Source: Massalongia carnosa (taxonomy: Eukaryota). From it: a DNA stretch of 64,000 nt. The notes below the pieces were generated by a model. That model was given only the letters and a program-made list of their open reading frames with translations. It did no database searches and was not told the DNA's origin. Location: assembly GCA_965645245.1 (NCBI GenBank), contig OZ287073.1:1488001-1552000 (forward strand), read 5' to 3'. The position numbers and the translations under genes are program-made. The first letter of the stretch is position 1, and every line of letters begins with the position of its first letter. Of the stretch, positions 1 through 11,580 are shown piece by piece.

Positions 1-672
1 GATGTTTTCTTGGGTGGCAGAAAATGCCAGAGGGAGTATCTGGGCGTAGAAGGTGTCGAAAACGGGGTCATCCTTCAAGCCCGTCTACATATGGTTAGAT
101 ATTCGAACGGAGGGTTTGGGGAAAGGATGCACGTACGCCGGGCCATTGGGTGTGGAATCTTGCCTGATAGTAGCCTTTGTATTTTTCCGGAGCGGTGAAG
201 GCCCTCTGAGCGAGCTCGACTGTGCTTCCAACAAACAGCTGAGGGAAACTTCCTGAGCTCGAGCGGCCAACGCTCCAGAGGTCGACGAGAAAGACTTCGT
301 AGCCCTCGTTGAGGAAATACGATGCCCATCCTCTCCCGCCGTCGGGTTTGTTCAGCCATTGCTGGCGGGTGGTCATCAAAATTGGTTTAGGATTCCATGA
401 CTGGCTGTTTGGCTTACCGTGCCGGAGATGCCGCCACCATGGAGGAAGACAAGCGGGTATCGTTGCTTGATGCCATTGAGGGGCGTGAGCTGCTCCACGT
501 ACATCTGGCCTAGAAGGATCGTTCCGTTGAGGTGTACGTCGAAGTCATATCGGCCGCCGGCGTAGAACACACTGCGGCGATGAGGGACCTCGTCGGTCTT
601 GCCATTGGTGGTCAGAGACCACACCGAGAGCGTCCCGTACACAACAATGAGCGCCCAGGAAAAGATCAACAT
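1..672 (-). CDS. Secreted alpha/beta-hydrolase (lipase/esterase-like), 5' part; runs off the window edge
   Basis: ATG at 672 with hydrophobic N-terminus (MLIFSWALIVVYG), GQMYVE and PLVFLHGGG motifs, then QWLNKPDGGRGWASYF..VD..GRS after an intron; GT-AG introns at about 417-363 and 137-85. Confidence 0.8.
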
Positions 673-2297
673 TGTGCTGTCTGAAATCCGATGTTCCAAA
701 GTCCTGCAAATCCAACGCAATAAAGCAACTCGAGCCCTCTTTTGTACGAAAGGCAAGATGTTATGTGCGGGTCAAAGTAGGTGAGCATCTTGAAGTACTC
801 ACCCAAGCCACGAAGCGAGGCTGGTGTGCGTAGCCATGCAGATGTATTTCTGCTGTCTCGCAGACCCGGTTGCGATCCCGCAATTGAAGGCTTTTTTAAC
901 ATGACGGCTACCTTCCGATCGTCCTATCATCCAATGCCACTTGACGAGGAAGCGCAGGAGGCTTGGAGGCTTAGTTATCCGCACATATGTGCCTAGACAA
1001 GAGTCCTGCGTGCGTTAACTCGGCCGATCGCTAACAAAAGGGCTCGAGGAATGTTCACTTATGCATTCTATACCGAGTAGTTCGTACTCTATACAGAATG
1101 CTCCATCCTATGGAAGTATGTACTCTGTTCTCCATACTCCTGATCGGTGCAATGCTGATCCCATCATTTGAAGCGACGACGAAACAACGTGAGCACTGTG
1201 CATATTATTTCCCATATAAGTGCTGTGGTGACATCCACCAATGGCTTCTGCCGCAATTCAGTTGATCTACAAAACCGAGGCTTCCCTTTTCCTCTGCCGT
1301 CCAAGCACTCGGTAGAGTAGAGCTAGTGATGTACTTATTACAGATTCAACTACTCCATCCTCCATCCTCACCGGCCAAATACGAAGCTGGAGGAAACGAA
1401 CGAGAGCCAAAGCATTACAGATTGCCCTTTTGCCTCTTCGATACTCGCCAATTCTTCCCCGTAGTTCAGCTCATATGGCTACCTTGACACACTTGAGGCC
1501 CTGGAACGTAAAGGATGGTGATGGTGATGATGATGCATCGGCTGCGCCATATGGGGAGTGGGGAAATAGATAGATGCCTAGTACTCTGTACAGAGTACTC
1601 TATACATGTACATCGGCAGGGGAGAAAGGCGATTATTCCACATGAGTAACCGGAGTCCCATCCAGTCAGATCGGCTACGCATAATCGCGAGTACATATGG
1701 AGCAGATGACAAAATACCTATCCCCAACCTTGATCATTGAAGGTTATATATAGGATACTTGGCTAATTTTGGAGAGAATTGTGGGAGAATTGATTCTGTC
1801 ACGCGCCTCGTACAGAGTACTCAAGAACCACCCCGGGATCGACCGTCAAATCCCACGGTACGAAAGACGTTTGGTTGCTCGTAATGGAAATCCAAATGGG
1901 ACGGGAAAGCAAGAGTCCATACCGAGTCCATACCTACCGTCCTGACCCTGCCGCCTTACCCCCCTTTGCAGTTTTATCCAGCTTCAGCCCCAACGAGCAC
2001 ATACACAGTCGTGACAGTCAACCGGCCCGTGTCTCTACAGTAGTTATGACGTCGAGGATGGGAAGGTCAGGGTCTCGATTTGGGCGAGAAGCCAGCCATA
2101 GGGATGTGACCTGCAGTTGGGAACAGAAGGAGGAGCAACAAAATATTGAGGGGCTGGTGAAAGCAGAAAATGGAAAAGAAAGGGGAATGTTCAAGAATGA
2201 GAAAGACTTAAACTGAACGTGGAGAAAGAAGTTTTACTGTCACTTAATCCACTCTGCACGAACAGCGACGTTGCTGATCAGAATGAAATACGTTGTA

Positions 2298-4357
2298 CAG
2301 TGAACCCTGGTTAAAACGAACCTTTTTCCAACGAATTCGGCTTATAACGAATTTTTTTCATGGATGAGCGATTCTTGTATGTAAAATAACGAATGTCGGC
2401 CTATTGCGAATTCGTAAGCAATTTTAGAAAGTTTCTTAGTGATTCGCTATAACTAGACCTCGGCAATTACCCTTTTAGGATTAGCTGATAAAAATTCTTG
2501 ATACGTAGTACTACATGCTGCGCATCCTATCGATAGATAACATATCCTTTTAATAACCAACAACTCATCATGAATTCTTCCTCCAAAAAACGTCGTCGAC
2601 CTATCACAGATGCAGAAAACACGCGCTTCGTCAGTATGTTCAGAATAATTTCGTTAAAAGACCTTTCGGCAAAGCTCTTCAAGTCTGGTTTGAAGCTGAA
2701 TTCGGTCATACACCTTCGGAATCTACAATATCGGATATTCTTTCTCGAAAATACGATCGTTTAAATGAGAAGGAGACATTTCAACCTGATATCAAAAGAT
2801 TGAAAGCTTCTAAAAATTGAAAGCTTCTAAAGATTGAAAGCTTCTTTTTGGCCGGATCTTGAAGCGGCTCTTTTCGAATGGCAACAACGAATGCAGACAA
2901 AGCAGGCGACTGTGACGGGAGAGTTATTGAAGGAGATGGCAAAGAAAATCTGGACAAGACTTCCTCAATACTCTCATGAAGAAATGCCCAAATTTTCTAA
3001 CGGTTGGCTAGATGCTTTTAAAGCTCGTCATTCCATCTCCTTTCGTATTCGACATGGAGAAGCGGCATCAGTTGACAAGGAGACAGTGGAAGAAGAATTG
3101 AGGGACTTGAGAATTAAGTTGGCTCCGTACGATCAAGACGATGTATACAACATGGATGAGGCTGCCTTGTATTGGAAGATGAATCCGAATGGAACGTTGG
3201 CTACAGCTTCATCTGCTGGATTGAAGCTTGAGAAAGCTAGAATAACCGTTAATTTTTGCGTTAATGCAACGGGCACTCATAAACTTCCACTTTTGTTCAT
3301 TGGTACGGCAAAAACACCTCGCTGTTTTACGCGTGAGGGGATCAACGTTAGCAACCTGAATATGCTATGGCGAAGCAATAGAAAGGCATGGATGACGGGA
3401 GTATTATTTCAAGAGTATTTGCAATGGTTTAGTCGTCAAACAAATCGCAAAGTAGTCTTGCTAGTCGATGGATTTTCAGCTCATGTTGCTGGCTATCGTC
3501 AGTATTCAGAATCAAATCCTGAATCAAACGTTAAAGTGATATTTCTTCCTGCCAATGCTACAAGCATCTGTCAACCATTGGATCAAGGCATCATCAAGAC
3601 GTTTAAGGCTCACTACAAGCGAAAATGGCTAGCCTTTTTATGTGATCAGTATGATGCGGACAAAGATCCTTTTAAGAACATGCATATTTTGCAAGCTATT
3701 CGTTGGTCAATGACTGCTTGGGAGTATGACGTCAAACCCGCTACTATCGTCAACTGCTGGATTAAGTCTTTGGTATTCTCAGCAAATTACGGACCTACTA
3801 CGCAATTGCAAGCGAAGAAAATGGGCTGGACGAAAGAAAAGGGTTGGTCGAAGGCAGTTGATCAAGAGACGGAAGACTATAATCAACTAGTAAAAGAGAT
3901 GAGCACTACATTGCAGCAGTTGAAGAAGAATGATCGCATTCAAGACGTCATAAGTATTGAAAGATGTCTCAATCCCGCGGAAGAAATCATTGAGGATGAT
4001 GATGATGACATTCTTGATACTATTGTGGATGTATACGCCGAGGGTCAAATTGAAGAATCGGATGAAGATGAGATCGTCAAACCTACAGTGAAATACTCTG
4101 AAGCTATTCAAGCTTTGAGAATACTACGTACATTTCATGAGCAACAGGAAGATGGCGACATCGATCTGATTCAACGTTTGAATGCTTCGGAGCAGGTTAT
4201 GCTAAATGGGGAAATCAATACTAGAAAGCAGATGACCATTACCAGCTATTTTAGGTAGAAAATGAGATGTTTTCGTAGAAATTAAGGTTATAACGAAAAC
4301 TGGTTATAACGAATTTTTTTCATGGAATCATCGATTCGTTATAGCCAGGGTTCACTG
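2298..4357 (+). mobile_element. pogo/Tigger (CENP-B-like) DNA transposon, full length
   Basis: ~23-bp TIRs CAGTGAACCCTGG(T/C)TA(A/T)AACGAA, TA on both sides (2296-2297, 4358-4359), subterminal TTATAACGAATTTTTTTCATGGA repeats, internal DDE_1 transposase. Confidence 0.95.
2570..4258 (+). pseudogene. pogo/CENP-B-type transposase (DD37D), N-terminus disrupted
   Basis: HTH_Tnp_Tc5-like region (WPDLEAALFEW..FSNGWL..FK.RH), catalytic NMDE / LVDGFSAH / QPLDQG; apparent 1-nt loss near 2618 and a 17-bp triplication at 2795-2845 break the 5' end. Confidence 0.88.
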
Positions 4358-4931
4358 TACGTACTATTTACCTCTGTCAAAGCATACTACTCTAGAAACG
4401 ATCAGCTACGGCATGTTCCACCCTAGAGGCAGCCTCCCTGCTCGAACCATCAACCCATCCCGTATGCCTGATTATTTTCATGGAGAGGAGTCGAACACGT
4501 AAATTATGTATTCGACCGAACCTTCATCATGCCCCCGATGTGGAATCCAAAGGAATCAGCAGGCGATGGGCCTTCGTGGATGTACTCCGAATCCTCGGTT
4601 TGATGCTGCTCGAGAAGCTGTGCAGCCATGCTCATGTTGGTGACACACGGCTCACTCGCTTTGCTTTTGCGTTTCTCTCTTCTCCTCCCACACGTTTTGC
4701 ATTTTACTTTTGCCGAAGCAGATCCACGCCAAGACGGCTCTGCCGTTAATCTGGGGGAACGGTAAGGGACCGTTCCATCCACCCGATAAGGTGATCGTCT
4801 CTATGAAATGAACTTTAGTGGTTTATGTTCTTCAAGCTTTCAATGCTAGAATACAGTGGATACCTTCTGTTTCGTTTTAGCGAATCTTTTGGACGATTCC
4901 AGACTTCTGCAACAACTTTGGGCTACGGTTG

Positions 4932-6383
4932 ATGATGACATCGGCTTTATATGGGCATCCACCAAAGACGGAGGACGATTTGTGGCTTGTCAAAGGCTTG
5001 ATGGGCCTCTTCCAAGTTCCTGCTGGCAAGCTCGACCCAAGCAAAGGCTTTCCCTTGCGCGTTCATCCTCCACCGGATTATCAACTCGAAGATCGCTGTT
5101 CGAGGGAGATTGCATCAGTCTCCGTGGTCATAGTTTTGGTCATCCTCATCACTGGTAATCGTCTTGCTCTGCGATATTTTCGTCGCCGGTTGCGATGGGG
5201 ACCGGATGATTGGGTCATTATTCCTGCTACCGTAGGTGTTTTCTTGGGCTGCTCGAAAAGCCCTGCATCGATGAGTTGACGTCTGGTTCAGATCGGCACG
5301 ATCGCATGGATGGCCCTAACCATTCCCATGGTCACCAAAGGGGGTAGCGGAAGGCACCTTTGGGATATCACGTACATGGAGTATTGGTGGTATTTTAGGG
5401 TGAATCTCGCACTCCGAAGGATGACGAGATTCATGATTCTAACACGCTTGATCCCGATTAGATTGGTGGACTCAAGCAACTCATTTTCTGGATGACGTCG
5501 GGCTTGATCAAGATTTCCATCACGCTGTTCAACCGCCGCCTGACGGGCTTGACTTCTGAAAGGTGGGTGTACGCTCATAACGCCTTTCTGATCCTAGTAG
5601 TTTTCTACACCATCATTGCGTTATTTCTCAACGTCTTTCATTGCAAACCGGCCGCAGTGCAATACGATCTTATTAAATGGGGCCAACAAAAGGATCCCGT
5701 AAGATGCTTATCGTCAAGAATTATAAGCGACACCTTAATCACATTCCACGTGGTCTTTGATTTCGCCCTCCTGTCGGTCCCGCTTATCATCTTGTACAAA
5801 ATCCAGATGAACACCTCCAGAAAGATCCGCTTGGCCTTTTTGTTCTCGGTTGGATCGCTCTCATGCATCGGCAGCGCCATGCGGCTACACATTGAAGCAC
5901 AAGCCTCTCCAGATAGAACGTGTAAGTTTCGAGCTCTGTTGATCGGTAACACATTTATGCTCAAAATCCGTTTAAGGGGCATATGCCAAGCAACTAAACT
6001 GGAGCATCGTCGATCTCTTCTTCGGCATCACCGCCGCATCTCTCCCCGTCCTCGACTCCGCCCTTCCCAAGCGCTGGCGCTCCCCTCCCACCAACGACCA
6101 AACATTCGATACCATCCCCGCCCTCGACATCGGCGAGAAGAGATCTTCCGCGCGACCGTACTCCAAGGAACCCTCTCCAAACCGCGGTCGATCTCGCGAG
6201 CAGCTCGAGCTCAAGACGTACTCCAACGACACCCTGCATGCTCACGAGAAACGACTCACGAGAGACCCATCCGTCTCGCGCCCAGTCGAGTGGACCGATC
6301 CGGCCGAAGAACTGCAGCACCCCGTTCCCACGCATCGCGATCGGCTCTGGCGGCGCAGCAGTACGGACGATGACCCGGTGTGA
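4932..6383 (+). CDS. PTH11-like fungal rhodopsin-domain integral membrane protein (no CFEM seen)
   Basis: Exons ~4932-5231, 5292-5399, 5462-5921, 5977-6383; motifs WGPDDW, GSGRHLWD, LIKISITLF..RL, FDFALL..PL..LY.IQM, AASLP; seven-TM pattern. Confidence 0.88.
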
Positions 6384-7845
6384 AGCCGTTCGCTGGTTGT
6401 TTTTGATTCTGTGCCGATCTGGCGGGGGGTTGAGTCCAATCTTTGTGGATCTTTTGGGCCTGGAAACGAGTGATGGGTCTGGGAATGTAATGTAAATGTA
6501 ACATGAAGAAACGAGATGGTAGGAACGGCCACTTGATGTGTTCACATCTTTGGGTCTTTTTAGGGTGGGGGGTTTCTTGACTATACACCTCGAACACCCC
6601 CGCAGGCAGGGGCGCCTTGGAAAAACGTCTTGATTCTTTCTTGGGATTATTATTGTGTTAATGGCTATTTGAACAAGCCAAAGACTAAAAAGAAGAGCGA
6701 GGATCGAAAGCATTAGATTACATCCTACACGGCTGTAGTACCCCTTTCATTTATTATCTATATATATGTATCTCTACGTACCTACCTACCCACTTACTTA
6801 CCCTATTCCTATCCGTATTCACACATCTCGCCTCTTAATCCCTTCCCTTTTCCGGGCTCTCCCTCTCTCTTTCTCGCGCGCGCATTTTGCAACGCACGCA
6901 TTGCACGTAATGCGATAACCATGATATGGGATGGGTAAAGCGTGTTGTTAACTTTTTAAAAAGAAAAAAAGCCTGCGGGGGAGATTGTTTAATTTTGCTC
7001 TGGATCTCTCGGTTCTTGTTTCTAAATTATCGTTTGTCTTCGTGCTTCATTTCGGGGGGGGGGAAGTTGCTTTGATTGGAGCTGGAGGGAAGGAAAGGAA
7101 GAAAAATAGAAACGGAAGGATGAAAGAAAGGGAGTGGGGATGGAAGAGGGAAGAAAGGGTGGGTAGGTAGGTAGGCAAGCGTTGATGTTCTCTACTATTT
7201 CATTTGCTACTATACATGGTTAATACTCTTCCAGATCGCTAAATCTAGAGAAGTTGCTCGGGTTTGATGAGAACATGAGTGGTTTTTGCATGTATGTATA
7301 TTCGAATGGAAACAAGAGGGGGATTTTCTATAGTCATTCCCTAGTCTCGGCCTCTCTTCGCTCGCTGAAGGGTTTTTTCTTCTTGTTTTTTTGTTGGTAC
7401 ATAATGCTGAAAACATATGTTTTTCCATCTCATTTCACTTCAATTTTTTCTCATGAGCGACGAAGAGAAGAAGAGAAATGATTACTTTACGTTAATTACA
7501 TCATTGTCGTTGAGACAAACAATCGATAGTCAAGCTCGTATTCAAAATGCTTGCATGAATTCATTTCTTTCGTCAGTTGAGCAGATACCCTATCTAGGAT
7601 AAAATAGGTGGACTAGGCTTCTTATCAGGAGTTTTTACGACGACGACGACACAGTGAGGGATCATGCGGCTTGATGCCCGGATGGTTGCTTGTTGTTCCT
7701 GTTTCGTTGGGAATGAAGGCTGGAGAGAAAGATGGTGGGTTAGTTGTACAAAAACGACTATCAAGGGCAAACTCGGCAATGGTATGGTGGCGGTGAAAAT
7801 TACGTCAATCCAATCCAATCCACGTGATAATCACAAGCCTGCGTA

Positions 7846-10032
7846 CGGGATTTCCCGGTGAAACGCCGAACCCGGTGAAAACGCCGAATTTTAGAAAATT
7901 ACTCCGCACCACCTTACCCTCTTCAACCATGAATAACACTACCACCACCACGCCAATTGACCAAGCAATTGCTAATTTAGAATCGCAAGAGCGACCAAAT
8001 ATACTTGCAACTGCTAAGAAATTTAGCCTAGTCGAAAGTACTCTTCGGCGGCGATGGAAAGGCCAATCGGTCTCCCGACGGGAGGCTTCATCCACACATA
8101 AGCAACGCCTTACAACAGTCCAAGAAGAGGCTCTAATCTCACAAATCAATCGATTAACCGACAGAGGAATACCTCCTACCCCTACAATTGTGCGCAATTT
8201 GGCAGAAGAAATGATCAAGTCGTCAGTAGGTAGGAACTGGGCGGGAGAATTCACTAAGCGAAATCAAGATAGACTTAAAAGTCTATATTTACGCAACATG
8301 GACAGTCTACGCATAAAGTCTGAGTATGCACCTACATTCAAGCAATTCTATGATCAGGTCCTTAGTTTTGACAATATAACTGCCCCTAATTGCGTCGCAT
8401 TTGTGCCTAATAGTCAACATTTCTTCTAGTTGATCGCGGGCATCGAAAAATATAACATCACAGCAGATAACGTCTATAATTGGGACGAAAAGGGCTTTTT
8501 AATTGGCATGGCCTCTGCCGTAAAGCGAATAATGACTCTTGAAGCTCTAGAATCGGGGCGCATAACCTATGCGAGTCAAGATGGAAGTTGTGAATTCATT
8601 AGTCTACTGGCTTGCATATGCGCCAACGGTACCGCTTTACCACCCGCGCTGATCTATAGAGGCGATTCAAAGAAACTTCAGGATACATGGTTAGAAGATT
8701 GGAGTGTAGATCAGGAAGCTTTCTTCGCGGTCTCCTCCAATGGATGGAGTTGTGACCTGCTTGGTCTGAACTGGCTTGAGCGTGTTTTTGAACGATGTAC
8801 GAAGCATATGGGGCATAGAAGGCGGTTGCTGGTGGCGGATGGTCATTCTAGCCACGTCAATATGAAATTCATCAATAAATGCGATGAACTACGAATTCTA
8901 TTGATGATTCTACCATCGCATACTACGCACCGGTTGCAACCCCTAGATGTTTCATTGTTTGCCCCCCTGGCCCGGTATTATACGAATGGTCTCAATGATA
9001 TGATGTTTAACTCATTGGGCACAGTGAACATATCAAAAAGAGTCGTCTGGGGTGTTTTTTGGCCTGCCTGGCAAAAGGCCTTCAATGAAAAGAACATAAT
9101 CTCTGGGTTTGAGAAGACAGGCATATGGCCGTACAATCCAAACATCCTACTAGAAAAAATCACCAAATCGCCTTCACCAGAGGAGGAACCTAACGTCACA
9201 CAAGCACCCAAGACACCTATGACGGGACGGGCGGTTCGTCGCATACAAAAAGCCTACGTAAAAGAGCCAAATAGAGTTTTGTTGTCCAAGATATTTGCTG
9301 CAAATGAGCGTCTCGCAGCTAATCGTTCTATTGATCAACACGTAATTAGGGGCCTATGCGAGGCACTTAAAGAGGAAAAGAAACGACGAAAACGTGGTAA
9401 ACGCCTGAATTTGCTAAGTGAAGAAGATTCTGGGCCTCAATTTTCAGTCCGGGTAGGGTGGCAGCGGCCAGAGCCTATCAGGCTTCAAAAGATGACGAAA
9501 AGAGACGACGGCAACAGGATCTCGCTGAAAAACGGGCACAATTAGTTTTTAACAAGTCGCTGAAGGAAAAAGAAAAGCAAGAACGGGCCCTAGTTGCTAT
9601 AGAAAAAAAACGATTGATCGAGGAGGGTAGGCAGGCTAAAGCGGTCGAAAAGCAGGCCCAAAACGAATTGAAAAACGCAAGTACTAAGCCTTCTAAATTA
9701 TCGATGAGGTTGAAATCGACATCTACAGGGCCAAAGCAGGTGCCAAAGTGTCGAAAGCAGTCCCAGGAGCAAAGTGATGATGTCGAGGTGGTTGGTGGAG
9801 TGGAAATGATAATTTCTCGTACATCTAGGGGGAGAGAGGTGCGAAAGCCAAATCATTTTGGCGAATAGAACTTTTTTCTATACATCAAATTGGACATCTT
9901 CTATGTACATTTTACCAAAGCTTCAGTGTATCAATCGTGGTGGTTGTCACATGGTAGCAAAAAATAGCAAAGTGCCGAAATTTAGAAATTTCGGCGTTCT
10001 CACCGGGTTCGGCGTTTCACCGGGAAATCCCG
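7846..10032 (+). mobile_element. Fot1-like pogo DNA transposon, full length
   Basis: ~43-bp TIRs CGGGATTTCCCGGTGAAACGCCGAACCCGGTGA(A/G)AACGCCGAA with internal direct repeats; TA flanks at 7844-7845 and 10033-10034. Confidence 0.95.
7929..9868 (+). pseudogene. Fot1-type transposase (DD35D) with one intron and one late frameshift
   Basis: HTH (STLRRRWKG), LT..QEEALI, YNWDEKGF, DGHSSH, QPLDV; 72-nt GT-AG intron 8358-8429 with CTAAT branch; 1-nt loss near 9443 (QF-SPGRV). Confidence 0.88.
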
Positions 10033-10366
10033 TACCTGCCCAAGCTCCGGCTCGTTGTTCCGAGCCGCTTATGTTTGAAACCCTCGTAAGCAATTCCATT
10101 AAAGAAATTGAATAAATTAAATAACGTCACTGCCGTAAATATCCCGCTTTAACAAATTGCGTCAGACTTCCCCGAGTTCCTCAATCCCCCCCCATCAGAT
10201 TCTTTGACCTCCTTCAACCTCCCTCATTCCAGGTTTCAAGCCAGTACAGAACCCCTTCATCTTCTCCAAAGTTTGTGACGACCATCCTCCCTGCTTTCCC
10301 AGAAATAACCCCCAATCCCAATCCCAACCCCCCATCATCACCATTAACATTATCAACACCACCAAA

Positions 10367-11093
10367 ATGTCTACCGAATCCCTCGCTGCCCTGCGCAAAT
10401 CCACCCACAATGAGCTCTCCAAGCTGGCGGAGGAGCACTTGCAGCACGACTTGCAGCAAACGGACCGCGATACTCTCCGCAGCGCGGCGTCGAGGCTGAC
10501 TCGGCACGCGACCATAGGCTCGCTCCTGGGGCTGGGGCTGGGCGTGTTTTTGGCGTTTCGGCTGCGCTCCGCGCGGACGAGCATGTTCAATGCGTTTCGG
10601 GCTAGGGAGAAGCCGACGAGGGTGCTTTTTGAGGATGGCAGGACGGGTGGGTGTTGGTGATTTTCTTCATCCGGGATATACTCGTGTCATTCCAGTATCC
10701 CCTCACGTTCGTACAATGGCATCGTTTCACCCCTAAAAATGGCGGATACCCCCCTCGTCCGATCAATCGCATTTTAAGAGATTCGTTTCTTCCAAACTAA
10801 CATCCTTCCGCCTTACTAAATGGATAGAACATATCCCCGATATTACGCCCCTGCTGCAGCCCACTACGCTCGGTGACGTCGCCACATACCTGTTCTTTTC
10901 CGCAGGCGGCTTGTTCCTCGGTGGTGAAACCGGACTGGTGACGGGGTCGTATTCGGCGAGTAGGACTGTAACGCGGGATCCCGAGTCGAAGGCGCGGATT
11001 GAGAATGCCTTTCGGAAGTTTCGCGCCGAGGTGCTGAGGAAAGAGGCCGATCGATTGGATGGTGGGGGGAGTGTGTTAGATAAGATATTCTGA
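10367..11093 (+). CDS. Conserved fungal hypothetical protein with two hydrophobic Gly-rich segments
   Basis: Good ATG context (CCAAAATG); exons 10367-10646 and 10828-11093 join in frame (G|AA: RTEHIPDITPLLQPT); GC-biased coding pattern. Confidence 0.8.
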
Positions 11094-11359
11094 GTAAGGA
11101 ATGGGGTGTATTAATATAATTTGCGGGAGACGTTTATTGGAAAAAATGATGCTTTGAGGATTGATGGCGTCGAGAAGGTTTGGATAAGGTAACAGGATCT
11201 GAGGGTCCAAAACCTAAATTACGCGGACGAGCAGCTTGGTGATAAATGAGGTAACCCTTGCTTATACTAGCATATACATAAAATAGGTATCTATGAATTT
11301 GGCTACCTGCTAATTTTTGCATCGTGGAAAACTCAAGCTAACTAGTTATAGAATGGATG

Positions 11360-11580
11360 AACCCTAAGCTAGTTGTAGAACCCTAAGCTAGTTGTAGAAC
11401 CCTAAGCTAGTTGTAGAACCCTAAGCTAGTTGTAGAACCCTAAGCTAGTTGTAGAACCCTAAGCTAGTTGTAGAACCCTAAGCTAGTTGTAGAACCCTAA
11501 GCTAGTTGTAGAACCCTAAGCTAGTTGTAGAACCCTAAGCTAGTTGTAGAACCCTAAGCTAGTTGTAGAACCCTAAGCTA
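11360..11580. repeat. Perfect 19-bp tandem array (AACCCTAAGCTAGTTGTAG) x ~11.6
   Basis: Identical units read directly; no spacers; one degenerate unit just upstream. Confidence 0.97.

Noticed and set aside
5994..6713. 239-aa antisense ORF
   Set aside because: Shadow of the GC-rich last exon and 3' UTR of the PTH11-like gene; no motifs
11360..11580. CRISPR-like appearance of the regular repeat
   Set aside because: Units are contiguous with no spacers, the context is eukaryotic and no cas genes are present
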